DNA of 64,000 nucleotides, taken from positions 1,472,001 to 1,536,000 of the forward strand of contig OZ240215.1 in the NCBI GenBank assembly GCA_965197585.1, written 5' to 3'. Made by a program: the position numbers and the translations under genes. Positions within the stretch are counted from its first letter, which is position 1, and each line of letters starts with the position of its first letter. Of the stretch, positions 29,896 to 40,653 are shown in pieces. The DNA comes from Dehalococcoidia bacterium (GTDB taxonomy: Bacteria > Chloroflexota > Dehalococcoidia > Plut-88900). A model generated the notes under the pieces. The model was given only the letters and a program-made list of their open reading frames with translations, had not been told where the DNA came from and made no database searches.

Positions 29896-32157
29896 ATGAC
29901 CAACATCTACCGTTTCACCGACGACTGCGAAGACAAAGCCCTCCTCGGAAACAAGGGCGCCAATCTCGTCACCATGACCCGGCTAGGCCTCCGTGTGCCC
30001 CCCGGTTTCGTCGTGTCCATTGACGCTTTCAAGGAGTACAGGGACAGTAGCACCCTTCCTCTTGACGAAATCGACGAGGCCCTCGCCTGGCTCTCAGAAA
30101 AGTTGGACCGCTCCTTCGACAACGGTCTCACGGTATCCGTCCGTTCCTCCGCACCCGTCTCCATGCCCGGCATGATGGACACCGTCCTCAACGTCGCCAG
30201 CCGGGAAGAGGTGCTTTCCTGCCTGAAGACGGTCTTCGGCTCTTGGGACAACCCCCGAGCAAATGAGTACCGGCGCCTTCACGAAATCCCCGGGGACATA
30301 GGCACTTCCGTCGTCGTCCAGTCCATGGTCATGGGCAACCGGGACGAGATGTCCGGCACGGGCGTCATCTTCAGCCGGAACCCGAGCACCGGCGCCCGAG
30401 GCCTCTTCGGAGAATATCTCCCCGTGGCCCAGGGCGAGGACCTGGTGTCGGGAGTCAGGACTCCACAGAGCATCGGCGCCCTCAAGAACCAGATGCCCGA
30501 CGTCTACGAGGAGTTGGAGGGCCTATCCCGAGACCTCGAACAGCACTTCCACGACATGCAGGACGTTGAGTTCACCGTCGAGTCCGGCAACCTCTTTATG
30601 CTCCAGACTCGATCTGGCAAGCGCAGCGGCGAGGCCGCCGTCAAGATCGCCGTCGACATGGTCGAGGACGGACTCATAACCCGCAACGAGGCCCTACTCC
30701 GCATCACCCCCGACGACATCCGATCACTCCTTCACAACCGCATCCAGTTCCCTGAACGCCACCAGGCCATCGCCCGCGGTCTCAACGCCGCCCCCGGAGC
30801 AGTCTCCGGCAGGGTAGTCTTCGACCCCCTGGAGGCAGTCTCCGTCGCCAAGACCTCCGGCGGTGTTATCCTCGTCCGCCCCGAGACCAGCCCCGACGAC
30901 ATCCAGGGCATCGCCGCAGCCGGCGGTGTCCTCACCTCCCGCGGCGGTCTCACCTCTCACGCCGCCATCGTCACCCGAGCTATGGGCAAGCCCTGTGTCT
31001 GCGGGGCTGAAGAGGTAATCGTAGACCTCAAAGACGAGTCCTTCAGAGTCGGCGTTACCGTCGTACGCAAGGGCGACGTGATCACCGTTGACGGCTCCAG
31101 CGGCAGCGTTTACCAGGGCGCTCTTGCCCTCCTCGAGGCCGAGGCTACCCCCGAGCTCGCCAAACTCCTCAGCTGGGCCGACGAGACCAAGCAGATCGGC
31201 GTCTGGGGCAACGCCGACACCGCAGAAGGCGTAGCCCTCGCCAAGAAGCACGGCGCTGAGGGCATCGGCCTCTGCCGCACCGAGCGCCAGTTCACGGGCA
31301 AACTCCGGCTCGACGCCATCCGCGACTTTATCCTCAGCGATTCCAAAGATGAGGAGCAGAAGGCTCTCGCCAATCTTCGAGACCTCCAGAAAAGAGACTT
31401 CCTCTCACTCTTCAAGGCCCTTGGCGGCACCCCTGTCATCATCCGCCTCCTCGATCTCCCCCTCCACGAGTTCTTGCCCGTCGAGCAAGACACGGACGAC
31501 CCCAAGCTCAGGCGTCGCCTGGAAGAACTCCACGAGGTCAACCCCATGCTCGGGCACCGGGGCGTCCGGCTTGCCGTCACCACTCCTCAGGTCTACGCCA
31601 TGCAGGTCGAGGCCATCGCCGAGGCTCAGGCCGAGACCGGCGCCCGCGTCTCCATAATGGTCCCCCAGGTCATCACCCTCCAGGAACTCCTCTGGGTGAA
31701 AAAGCACATCGAAGGGCTCGGCTTCAGGATCGGCATCATGATGGAGACAGTCCGCGCCTGCATGAGGGCCGCTCCCCTTGCTGAAGAGGCCAGCTTCTTC
31801 TCCTTCGGCACCAACGACCTCACCCAGGCCGTCTACTCCTTCTCCCGTGAGGACGCCGAGAAGAAGTTCCTCTCCACTTACCTCGACAACAGCCTCCTCG
31901 ACGACAACCCCTTCGAAATTATCGACGTCAAGGGCGTGGGTCGGCTCATGGAAACGGCCATAGGCTGGGCCCGAGAAGAAAAGCCCAGCCTGGAAATTGG
32001 CGTCTGCGGCGAACATGCCGGCGAGCCCCGTTCCATCCGCTTCTTCCACGATGCCGGCGTCAACTACGTCAGCTGCAGCCCCTATCGCATCCCCATAGCC
32101 AAGCTAACCGCCGCCCAGGGCGCCATCCTGAATCCCCGCAACGGCTCCCCAGCTTAG
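29896..32157 (+). CDS. ppdK: Pyruvate, phosphate dikinase (compact, 753 aa)
   Basis: LLGNKGANL, SVRSSAPVSMPGMMDTVLN, QGEDLVSG, GGLTSHAA (phospho-His), GIGLCRTE, NPMLGHRG, SFGTNDLTQ, GVCGEH. Confidence 0.9.
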   Translation: MTNIYRFTDDCEDKALLGNKGANLVTMTRLGLRVPPGFVVSIDAFKEYRDSSTLPLDEIDEALAWLSEKLDRSFDNGLTVSVRSSAPVSMPGMMDTVLNVASREEVLSCLKTVFGSWDNPRANEYRRLHEIPGDIGTSVVVQSMVMGNRDEMSGTGVIFSRNPSTGARGLFGEYLPVAQGEDLVSGVRTPQSIGALKNQMPDVYEELEGLSRDLEQHFHDMQDVEFTVESGNLFMLQTRSGKRSGEAAVKIAVDMVEDGLITRNEALLRITPDDIRSLLHNRIQFPERHQAIARGLNAAPGAVSGRVVFDPLEAVSVAKTSGGVILVRPETSPDDIQGIAAAGGVLTSRGGLTSHAAIVTRAMGKPCVCGAEEVIVDLKDESFRVGVTVVRKGDVITVDGSSGSVYQGALALLEAEATPELAKLLSWADETKQIGVWGNADTAEGVALAKKHGAEGIGLCRTERQFTGKLRLDAIRDFILSDSKDEEQKALANLRDLQKRDFLSLFKALGGTPVIIRLLDLPLHEFLPVEQDTDDPKLRRRLEELHEVNPMLGHRGVRLAVTTPQVYAMQVEAIAEAQAETGARVSIMVPQVITLQELLWVKKHIEGLGFRIGIMMETVRACMRAAPLAEEASFFSFGTNDLTQAVYSFSREDAEKKFLSTYLDNSLLDDNPFEIIDVKGVGRLMETAIGWAREEKPSLEIGVCGEHAGEPRSIRFFHDAGVNYVSCSPYRIPIAKLTAAQGAILNPRNGSPA

Positions 32158-32262
32158 AACCTTTTGTGGCGGGGGGCGGGGCCGTCCGCTCGCCCTGAGC
32201 CCGTCGAAGGGTCTATAGAGCGGACGGAGGCAGGAGGCCTCGGCGGTCGACCAAAATCCACC

Positions 32263-33198
32263 ATGACCAAACTCACCTTCGGCATGTCCTTCCATGAGAC
32301 CTACCGGTACTCCCGGCAGGCCATCATCGACTACGCCCGAGCCATCGAGTCCCTCTGCTTCGACACCCTCTGGATCACCGAGAACGTCCACTCCGGCGCC
32401 GATGCCCTCGAACCCCTCGCCACTCTCTCCTTCATGGCCGCCCACACCGAGCGCATCAACTTCGGCCCCTCCGTCATCCTCCTTCCCTTGCGAAACGCCG
32501 TCGGCCTCGCTCACGCCGTCGCCACCTTGGACCGCTTGTCTGGGGGTCGGCTGGTCCTTGGCATCGGGACTGGTGGTAACGTCCCCGGCTCCTTCCAGGC
32601 CTACGGCGCGTCCATCCGCCAACGCGGCCGCTACTGCGACGAGGCCCTCGAAGTGATGAAATCCCTCTGGACCGGCGACCCGGTAACCTTCTCCGGCAAG
32701 CTCCTTGACCTGGACAGCTACGTCCTTGGCGGACGCCCGACAGTAAATCCCCACCCTCCCATCTGGATAGGGGGCACGGCGGAAGGAGTCCTCAAAAGGG
32801 CCGCTCGGTTCGCCGACGGCTTCATCCCACACAGCATCAGCCCCGAGCTATATCAAGACCTATGGAGGAGAATCGAGGAGCATTGCGCGGTCATCGGCCG
32901 AGACCCAGCCTCAATAACCAGGGCCATCCAGTTCTACTTCTGCATCGACGACACGCGTGCCGAAGCCCAACACGTCGCCGAAAAAGCCCTTGAGCACAGA
33001 TATCAACGCTCCATGTCCCTCGCCCCGACCGACGACACCCACTTCGCCCTCGGCGCCCCCGACGACATCGCCCGCACCATCCAGACCTTCGCCGACATCG
33101 GCGTCACCCACTTCGCCTTCTCCAACGCCCGCCCCCCACACCAGGTCATGCCCCAAATCCAGACCCTGGCCACGAAAGTCATCCCTCGGTTCCGCTAG
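32263..33198 (+). CDS. LLM-class flavin/F420-dependent oxidoreductase
   Basis: ATLDRLSGGRLVLGIGTG, PPIWIGG, RAARFADG. Confidence 0.88.
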   Translation: MTKLTFGMSFHETYRYSRQAIIDYARAIESLCFDTLWITENVHSGADALEPLATLSFMAAHTERINFGPSVILLPLRNAVGLAHAVATLDRLSGGRLVLGIGTGGNVPGSFQAYGASIRQRGRYCDEALEVMKSLWTGDPVTFSGKLLDLDSYVLGGRPTVNPHPPIWIGGTAEGVLKRAARFADGFIPHSISPELYQDLWRRIEEHCAVIGRDPASITRAIQFYFCIDDTRAEAQHVAEKALEHRYQRSMSLAPTDDTHFALGAPDDIARTIQTFADIGVTHFAFSNARPPHQVMPQIQTLATKVIPRFR

Positions 33199-33273
33199 CC
33201 CCTTACCTCTGATTCCACAAGTGCTGAAGCAAAGGCCTGAAAGTTCCTTGGTCGCCAGGTTGTGAGCCTGAGG

Positions 33274-33483
33274 CTAGACGAACAGCTTTACCAATACCCC
33301 CACCATACCAGCAATGAGCGCCGCACCGAATCCGAACATCCCGAAGATTACCTTGTCCAGTCTTGTTTCCAAGCCGTTAAACCTAGCTTCCAAGCTGTCA
33401 AATCTCGAAACAAGTGTCCGAACCTCACCTTCGAGCCGTCCAAGACTTCTGGATATTTCCTCCGGCCCACCGGTTACTTCCAT
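33274..33483 (-). CDS. Small coiled-coil protein with C-terminal membrane anchor
   Basis: Heptad repeats RFDSLEA/RFNGLET/RLD then a hydrophobic tail; GGAGAG RBS. Confidence 0.6.
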   Translation of the reverse strand: MEVTGGPEEISRSLGRLEGEVRTLVSRFDSLEARFNGLETRLDKVIFGMFGFGAALIAGMVGVLVKLFV

Positions 33484-33659
33484 TTCTCTCCCTTAAATCG
33501 CACCCTTCGCTCCCATTAGTCGATGATACCGTTATATCAGTTTCCCTGCAATAATCCGGTTAGACTCAAGAACGGTTGGGGAAGGGAGAGTGGCTCCCAT
33601 CAATTCCTGCACAAATGCTGCATATCCAGTGCTATTCTTACTCTAGCGGGAGTGGCACA

Positions 33660-34100
33660 GTGATCGACAAAGAAGAAACTGAACTACTGGAAACGGCCCG
33701 CGCAGAGGGCGTATCGAGGTTTGTCGTGGGCGCTGTGTTAATGAGACATCAGACCATCCTGCTGTTACGTCGAATACCGAGCGACTTCATGGGAGGCATC
33801 TATGAACTGCCAAGCGGCAAAGTCGAGCACCGTGAGTCCCTTGGCGAGGCTCTGCTCAGGGAATTGAAAGAGGAAACCAGCCTGGAACTCGCTCGAATGG
33901 AACAATATGTGGGTTCGATAGACTATTTCTCCAAAGCGGGGGAGCCGACTCGCCAATTCAACTTCATCGCTAGAGTCTCGGACTACTCCGGAATCAGGCT
34001 AACTGAGCACGACGATTATGTGTGGGCCGGTAAGAGTCAATTGGAGCAGCTTCCAATGTCCGAAGAGACACGAGACACGGTGCAGGCATGTCTCCTCTGA
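33660..34100 (+). CDS. NUDIX hydrolase
   Basis: LPSGKVEHRESLGEALLRELKEETSL Nudix box; EHDDYVW; GTG start follows GGGAG. Confidence 0.85.
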   Translation: MIDKEETELLETARAEGVSRFVVGAVLMRHQTILLLRRIPSDFMGGIYELPSGKVEHRESLGEALLRELKEETSLELARMEQYVGSIDYFSKAGEPTRQFNFIARVSDYSGIRLTEHDDYVWAGKSQLEQLPMSEETRDTVQACLL

Positions 34101-34413
34101 GTTAATGCCGCACCACATCCCCCCAATTGTGACATCGTCCCCTTCCCTAACCCCCTCTTTTTCGCTACTCTCCCCTTGTCAATTTAACACGAGAATAGCA
34201 TTACACACCCCACCACACCCGACACTCCTCAAACCCCGCAAGGATGCAAACAATCAAAATCCGTGCCTAATCCCACCGAACAATCGTACACAAAGCTATT
34301 CTCATTGGATTGTCCGTTCCCACCCTTGATTGTTTTATATGTCAACTAAGTCCCCTCCACCCCCCATACGCTATAATGCCTCCCAACACCCCTCCCCACC
34401 GGAGAACACGCCC

Positions 34414-35445
34414 ATGAAAATGGACTTCAGCGTCGCCTGGGGCCGAGAGCTCGCTACCTACGAAATCGCCGACCATTCCATCGCCGCCGAAGAGGCCGGC
34501 TTTGACATGCTCGGCATCATCGACACCCAGAACCTCGCCCGTGACCCTTATCCCGCCATGACCATTGCTGCGCTGAACACCAACCGCGTCCGCATCGGCC
34601 CCTCCGTCACCAACACCTTCACCCGGCACCCTTCCGTAACCGCCAACGCCATGGCTACCATCGACGAAATATCCGGCGGTCGAGCCTGGGTCGGCCTGGG
34701 CTCGGGTTTCAGCGCCGCCCGCACCATGGACGTCGGCGTCCAGCCAACGACCCTCCTCGAAAACGTCATCAACTTCATCCACACCTACACCTCCGGCCAG
34801 GAGGCCGAGTTCAACGGCGCCAAGATGCACAACGAGTGGATTAGCCGACGCCTCCCCGTCTACGTCCACGCCGCCGGCCCCAGGACCTGCGACATTGGCG
34901 GCAGACTCGGCGATGGTCTCCTTCTTGCCTCCAAGGGCAGCCCAATTGTCGCCCGCTGGTGCCTCGATCTCGTCCGCCGCGCAGCCGAGTCCGCAAACCG
35001 TGACCCCGATGACATCGACATCCGCGTTTGCCTTCCCATATTCGTCGAGGAAGAAGGAGGCAAGGGCTGGGATGAAATGGCAGCCTCCGTCGCCACCATG
35101 TGCACCGGCTTCTACCTCTCCATTTTCCGACACGACCGAAACCCAGCCGTCCGTAGCCTAATCAGTCAACTCGACGCCGACCTCCTCCAGGACCTCAAGC
35201 GTGTCCACGACGCCTATGATTACTACCAGCACGAACGTGTCGACGCCGACCACGCCAAGCTAGTGACCCGCCAGCTCGTCGACTTCATCGGACTCTACGG
35301 CACAGCCGACCAGATCTGCGAACGCATCTATGAGCTTCAGCAGGCCGGGGTCAAAGCCCTGGACTGCCACATGTGGACCTTCATCGACAAGAAGAAGCAG
35401 ATGCGTCTTATCGGCGAAAAGATCATGCCCTATTTCAGGAACTAA
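34414..35445 (+). CDS. LLM-class flavin/F420-dependent oxidoreductase (Mer-like)
   Basis: AEEAGFD, VTNTFTRHPSVTANAMATIDEISGGR, AAGPR. Confidence 0.88.
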   Translation: MKMDFSVAWGRELATYEIADHSIAAEEAGFDMLGIIDTQNLARDPYPAMTIAALNTNRVRIGPSVTNTFTRHPSVTANAMATIDEISGGRAWVGLGSGFSAARTMDVGVQPTTLLENVINFIHTYTSGQEAEFNGAKMHNEWISRRLPVYVHAAGPRTCDIGGRLGDGLLLASKGSPIVARWCLDLVRRAAESANRDPDDIDIRVCLPIFVEEEGGKGWDEMAASVATMCTGFYLSIFRHDRNPAVRSLISQLDADLLQDLKRVHDAYDYYQHERVDADHAKLVTRQLVDFIGLYGTADQICERIYELQQAGVKALDCHMWTFIDKKKQMRLIGEKIMPYFRN

Positions 35446-35473
35446 CCCCGAGCCCCGATACGGAGGACACAAA

Positions 35474-36334
35474 ATGACTGACAATTCGACCAGAGGCATT
35501 ACCGACTGGCACACCCACTGCTACCTCCCCGAGCACCGCAGCCCCGAGGCCATGGCCGAGCGCATCAAGTACGGCGTCCGCGGCGGCGAGGCCTGGCCCG
35601 AGGAGCACCGTGCCGCCATGGACGAGGGCAACATCACCCAGTTCGTCGTCGTCAACGTCCCCCGGCGCCCGGGCCACGAGGTCCCCAACGAGTTCATCGC
35701 CGAGTACTGTTCCCAGTACCCCGGTCGGGCCATCGGTCTCGCCTCCGTCCACCCCAACGATCCCACCGCCTTTGATGATTTCGAGAACAGCGTCAAGAAC
35801 CTCGGCCTCAAGGGCCTCAAGCTCTCTCCCGTCTACCAGGGCTTTGATCCCTGGTCCCCGGAGGCCTGGCGCCTCTACTACATGGCCCAGGACTTCGGCG
35901 TGCCAGTCATGTTCCACATGGGCGGCATGTACGACCCCAAGGGCACCCTTGAATGGGGCGATGTCCTCACCCTGGACAAAGTTGCCCGAGCCGCCCGCGA
36001 CCTCAAGATAATCGTCGCCCACTTCGGCCAGCCCCAGATGCAGGAGACCGTCATGCTCCTGCGCAAGAACCTCAACGTCTTCGCCGACCTCTCCGCCCGA
36101 TTCCACCGTAAGTGGCAGCTCTACAACGGCCTCCAGGTCGCCATCGAGTACAAAGTCACCGACCGCATCCTGTTCGGCTCCGATTTCCCTGTCATGAAGC
36201 CCGGCCTCGCCGCCGACGCCTTCCGCAACATCAACGACTGGGGTGACGGCATCAAGCTCCCCCCCATCCCCGCCGACTTCATAGACGAGGTCCTCCACAA
36301 CCGCCCCTTCTCCATAATGGGCCTTGAAGCCTAA
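35474..36334 (+). CDS. Amidohydrolase_2-family protein
   Basis: DWHTH, GLKGLKL, MFHMG, IVAHFG, LFGSDFP; GGAGG RBS. Confidence 0.86.
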   Translation: MTDNSTRGITDWHTHCYLPEHRSPEAMAERIKYGVRGGEAWPEEHRAAMDEGNITQFVVVNVPRRPGHEVPNEFIAEYCSQYPGRAIGLASVHPNDPTAFDDFENSVKNLGLKGLKLSPVYQGFDPWSPEAWRLYYMAQDFGVPVMFHMGGMYDPKGTLEWGDVLTLDKVARAARDLKIIVAHFGQPQMQETVMLLRKNLNVFADLSARFHRKWQLYNGLQVAIEYKVTDRILFGSDFPVMKPGLAADAFRNINDWGDGIKLPPIPADFIDEVLHNRPFSIMGLEA

Positions 36335-36366
36335 ATCTAGGCCGTACCCGCGGCGCGGCAACGTCT

Positions 36367-37467
36367 ATGAATAATGAGCTGCGCTCATTCATCAAGGAGT
36401 CACTGGAGCATGGGCAGTCCAAGGACGCTATTCACGCCGTCCTAACGCAATCGGGGTGGGAGGATGGCGAGGTGCGAAACGGCCTGGCTGCCTTCGCCGA
36501 CGTGGACTTCCCCATCGCAGTTCCCAGGCCGACCCCCTACCTTCATGCCCGTGAGGCGTTCCTCTACCTCGTTTCCTTCATTGCCCTGTACGTCTCGGCC
36601 ATCAGCTTCGGCTTCCTGGTCTTCGGCCTTATCGACCATACCTTCCACGACCCCCTTGCCTACCGCGACCGGTTCCCATCGACCGGCGAAGCAACCTCCA
36701 TAGCCTCGGTCATCGTGGCTTTCCCCCTCTACCTGTTCCTGATGAAACGCCTGGCCTCGGAGATGGCGGCGGAACCGGAAAAGCGGCGGTCGTTGGTGCG
36801 GCGTTGGCTTACCTACCTCACCCTCGTAATAGCTGCGGGATTCATTCTCGGAGACGTGATTGCCCTGCTCGCCAACTTGCTGACAGGCGACCTGGCCTTC
36901 CTATTTTTGCTGAAAGGCTTCGCCATACTGGCAGTCACCGCCTGCATATTCGGGTTTTACCTGTGGGACATGCGCCGGTCGGAGACTCTGGCCGTCAGCG
37001 CCAACGCCACAAATGCCCTGCGAGCGTTCTTGGGCATAGTCGTCCTCTTGGTCGTCGCCTGCCTGGCATATTCGATGTTCCTATTGGGAACTCCCGGGGA
37101 GCAACGGAGCCTGAGGTTCGACGAGCAGCGAATTTCCGACCTGAGAAACATCTCCCGCAACGTCGACCTCTACTGGGAGACCAATCAGCAGCTGCCCGAG
37201 AGCTTCGATGACATGTCGGGCACGAGATATTCCATCTTTTCTATACACGACCCGGAGTCCGAGGAAGAATACGAATATCGGGTGATCGAGGAAGCCGGCT
37301 ATGAGCTATGCGCCGTTTTCTCCGCCGATTCGGCCAGATCCATTGACCCCGACCGCCCATATTCAGCCGGGTCATGGGACCACGGCACAGGACGCACTTG
37401 CTTCCAACTAGAGGCGCAATCGCAGCAACCCCCACCTCCCCCCGCCCCGACTACAGGCGATAGTTAG
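36367..37467 (+). CDS. Multi-pass membrane protein (DUF5671-like)
   Basis: FLYLVSFIALY, ASVIVAFPLY, RRWLTYLTL, FGFYLWD, R..D..RISDL, DPES.E.YEY, YELCAVF. Confidence 0.7.
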   Translation: MNNELRSFIKESLEHGQSKDAIHAVLTQSGWEDGEVRNGLAAFADVDFPIAVPRPTPYLHAREAFLYLVSFIALYVSAISFGFLVFGLIDHTFHDPLAYRDRFPSTGEATSIASVIVAFPLYLFLMKRLASEMAAEPEKRRSLVRRWLTYLTLVIAAGFILGDVIALLANLLTGDLAFLFLLKGFAILAVTACIFGFYLWDMRRSETLAVSANATNALRAFLGIVVLLVVACLAYSMFLLGTPGEQRSLRFDEQRISDLRNISRNVDLYWETNQQLPESFDDMSGTRYSIFSIHDPESEEEYEYRVIEEAGYELCAVFSADSARSIDPDRPYSAGSWDHGTGRTCFQLEAQSQQPPPPPAPTTGDS

Positions 37468-37606
37468 GTCTAAGGTGAATCCTGGTTCCCCCTCCCCACA
37501 GCTTCGGTTGGGTGGGGAAATCCCCCGCTCGCCCTGTCGAAGATGCGCCGTGGCGTGAGCCCGTCGAAGGGTCAACCGAGCGGAAGGTGGGGCGGCAATG
37601 GCCCCC

Positions 37607-38599
37607 TCACACCCCCCACACCACCTCCCCCAACCCCTTCAACGTCGCCATCCGATTCTCGGCAGGGAGCCGGAACGTCACCTCTTCCGACCCCAACGCC
37701 ACAATCTCCCTCACACGCTCCCGACACTCAACCACACTCCCGACAATCGCCGCGTGCCTGACCAGAGCATCCGACGCCAGGCCACCCTCCCCCGCAGACG
37801 GAGACCTTCCAAAGGACTTCGCTCCCCTGATCGCTGCAACCTCGTCCCGGAGCAGTGACGGTGTCTCCTCGCGCCAACTCGCCGGAGCCCGACGAAGCTG
37901 ATAGGTCACTACCGGCCGCACCCGCTCTATCGCCGCAGCCGGATCATCGTCCCAGGAGATTGTTAGCTGGGCGTGTGCCTCAACTTCACCCTCGGCCCGA
38001 CCCGCGGTCTCAACCGCACTGCGCAGCCGACGAATCTTGGTCCCCATAGTATCTGCATCCGAAGGCCCCGCAATAAGCGCTCCCTCGGCTAGCTCCCCCG
38101 CCATCTGGATCATCTTAGGCCCCCACACCGAGAGATATATCGGGATTCGACGTTCCATCGAATGTACCCGGTATCCACCTGACCGTCCTACCCTAACCTC
38201 TTCCCCCGATACCAAATCCCGCAGGCCCTCAAGCCTCTCCCTAAACCGCGCCATCGACTCCGTCCGAAACCCGACTGCGTTAGCGGAACCCGGCGCCCCC
38301 CTCCCCAGCCCCAATAGTGTCCGGCCATCGCTCAGGTCGTCCAGTGTCGCAATGCCGTTGGCTATCACCGAGGCGTGCCGAGTCAGGGGGTTCGACACCC
38401 CCGGCCCGAGCCTGATCTTCTCAGTTGCCTGTGCCGCGACGGTCAGCGCCACGTAGGCGTCTTTCGTATAAATTGGGGTGTCCCAAATCCACAATGTCGA
38501 GAAGCCCATAGCCTCGGCTTCCCGTGCCACGTTGCCTATCTCCCTCACCGGCGTCCGAGGGTCGGCCCACGTTATGATCCCGAATCGCGTATCAGACAA
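37607..38599 (-). CDS. LLM-class flavin/F420-dependent oxidoreductase
   Basis: AEAMGF, VSNPLTRH, ATLDDLSDGRTLLGLGRG, GPKMIQMAGE. Confidence 0.86.
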   Translation of the reverse strand: MSDTRFGIITWADPRTPVREIGNVAREAEAMGFSTLWIWDTPIYTKDAYVALTVAAQATEKIRLGPGVSNPLTRHASVIANGIATLDDLSDGRTLLGLGRGAPGSANAVGFRTESMARFRERLEGLRDLVSGEEVRVGRSGGYRVHSMERRIPIYLSVWGPKMIQMAGELAEGALIAGPSDADTMGTKIRRLRSAVETAGRAEGEVEAHAQLTISWDDDPAAAIERVRPVVTYQLRRAPASWREETPSLLRDEVAAIRGAKSFGRSPSAGEGGLASDALVRHAAIVGSVVECRERVREIVALGSEEVTFRLPAENRMATLKGLGEVVWGV

Positions 38600-38706
38600 T
38601 TGCTTATCCTCGTCTACAATGGGTTGTGCGGGTGTCCTTACCCCGCCAGAACAGTATAATCCGTGTCGTACTGGACTTTTCGATACAACCCCGAAGGAAC
38701 AAAGAA

Positions 38707-40281
38707 ATGCTTGACCTGCTGATAACCAACGGCCAGATAATCGACGGCGCAGGAGGCCCCGGCTTCTACGCCAGCGTCGGTGTCCAAGGCGAAGACGTAG
38801 AGATAATCCGCGGCGATGTCTCCCACGTCGAAGCTGCCCGGGTTATCGACGCTACCGGCCACGTCGTCTCCCCCGGATTCATCGACGTCCACTCCCACGG
38901 CGGCTTCACCATCCTGAAAGAGCCGCTGCACGAGCCCAAGGTCCGGCAGGGCGTCACCACCGAGCTTATCGGCATCGACGGCAACTCCGCCGCCCCTTTC
39001 AAGACTCAGGAGGACCTCCACCGCTTTATCGAGATGGATGCCGGCCTCAACGACAGGCCTCCAATGCCCACCGACTGGTCCTCCGTCGCCGACTTCCTCG
39101 CCCTCTATAACAACAACGTTTCCGTCAACATCTGCTACATCCTCGGCAACTCCCCCGTCCGAATTTGGTCCGTCGGCTGGGACGACAGGCCCGCCACCGG
39201 CGCGGAAATCGAGGACATGAAATCGGTCATTAGAGAAGCGATGGAAGACGGCGCATTCGGCCTTTCGACAGGTCTCGACTACCCGCCCGGCGGCTACGCC
39301 GACACGAATGAGCTCATCGAGCTTTCCAAGACCACCTCAGCAATGGGCGGCTTCTACCACACCCACACCCGTGCCTCCCTCAAGTCCCAGGGCCTCCTGG
39401 CTCCCTGGCACGAGGCAATAGAGATCGGGCGCAAGAGCGGCATCCCCGTCCACCTCACCCACTACCGGCAGAGCGCCCAGGGCGTCGGGTCCCATCTCGA
39501 CTACATCGGCCTCGTAGAAGACGCCCGCGACGAGGGCATGGACGTCACCTTCGACTGCTACCCATACGTCTACTCCAGCACCCGGGCCACCATCGAGCTT
39601 CCCCTCTGGACCATGGATGGCGGCCCCGAGCGCATCTTCGAGGTCATCTCAAGCCCCGACGACAGGGCCAGATTGGTGGCGGAGATGAAGTCCGGCGGCC
39701 GGGACGCGACGGCCAACTGGCTGACCAACCTGCAAAAGGAGCACAACAAGCAATACGAGGGCCTATCGGTGAAGGAAATCGGACAGATACGGGGCCAGGA
39801 TCCGGTGGAAGCCTTCCTGGACATACTACTCGACGATGGCCTTGACCTGTGCATCGTGGGGGTGGGCACCAACGCCAATACTCTCCCCGCGTTCGTGTCT
39901 CACCCCTGCGGCATGGTCGGCAGCGACGCAGTGTTGATGGGCGAATTCCCCAGTCCCCGGACCTACGGCTGCTTCCCCGTCATCCTCGCCGAGAACGTAC
40001 GCGCCGAGAAGCAGCTCCGCCTCCCCGAGGCCATCCGCAAGATGACGTCCTTCCCCGCCCAGCGCCTGGGCCTCAAGACCCGGGGCCTCCTCCGAGACGG
40101 TTACAAGGCCGACATCACCATCTTCAACCCCGACACCGTCAAAGCCCCCGCCACCCGAGAAAACCCCAAGCAATTCCCCCTGGGCATCCCCTACGTCATA
40201 GTCAACGGCAAAGTCGTAGTCGACGAAGGCCAACACTCCGGCCAACTCCGCGGCCGAGCCCTCCGCTTCGGCCAAGACTAG
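38707..40281 (+). CDS. N-acyl-D-amino-acid deacylase (D-aminoacylase) family
   Basis: PGFIDVHSH, QGVTTE, GLSTGLDYPPG, PRTYGCFP, AIRKMTS.PA, ADITIF. Confidence 0.88.
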   Translation: MLDLLITNGQIIDGAGGPGFYASVGVQGEDVEIIRGDVSHVEAARVIDATGHVVSPGFIDVHSHGGFTILKEPLHEPKVRQGVTTELIGIDGNSAAPFKTQEDLHRFIEMDAGLNDRPPMPTDWSSVADFLALYNNNVSVNICYILGNSPVRIWSVGWDDRPATGAEIEDMKSVIREAMEDGAFGLSTGLDYPPGGYADTNELIELSKTTSAMGGFYHTHTRASLKSQGLLAPWHEAIEIGRKSGIPVHLTHYRQSAQGVGSHLDYIGLVEDARDEGMDVTFDCYPYVYSSTRATIELPLWTMDGGPERIFEVISSPDDRARLVAEMKSGGRDATANWLTNLQKEHNKQYEGLSVKEIGQIRGQDPVEAFLDILLDDGLDLCIVGVGTNANTLPAFVSHPCGMVGSDAVLMGEFPSPRTYGCFPVILAENVRAEKQLRLPEAIRKMTSFPAQRLGLKTRGLLRDGYKADITIFNPDTVKAPATRENPKQFPLGIPYVIVNGKVVVDEGQHSGQLRGRALRFGQD

Positions 40282-40406
40282 CCAACTCCTTCCCAAATCC
40301 TCAGGGGCGATGGGCCGCTCGTGCTGAGCCCCGTCGAAGTATGAGCGGGGTGGGGTGATGGACTTGCCAATTGACCCTTTGGGAATGAGTCAACTAGACT
40401 TCTACC

Positions 40407-40640
40407 ATGAAAAAACGCCTACAACTGCTCCTCGATGAGGCAGAATACCGAGAAATCCAACACCTCGCCCGACTCCAGCGCGTCACCCTCGCCGAATGGG
40501 TCCGCCGAGCCCTCCTCAAGGCCCGGAGTGATCACTTCGATGCGAAGACCGCCAAGCTCCGCGCCATCTCCGACGCCTCCCAACACCACTTCCCCACCAC
40601 CGACATCCAAACCATGCTCCGGGAGAGCGCACCCCGATAA
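40407..40640 (+). CDS. Ribbon-helix-helix antitoxin-like protein (VapB/CopG type), no toxin downstream
   Basis: MKKRLQLLLDEAEYREI..LAEWVRRAL..FPTTDIQTML; 77 aa. Confidence 0.68.
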   Translation: MKKRLQLLLDEAEYREIQHLARLQRVTLAEWVRRALLKARSDHFDAKTAKLRAISDASQHHFPTTDIQTMLRESAPR

Positions 40641-40653
40641 GAGCTGTCATTCC

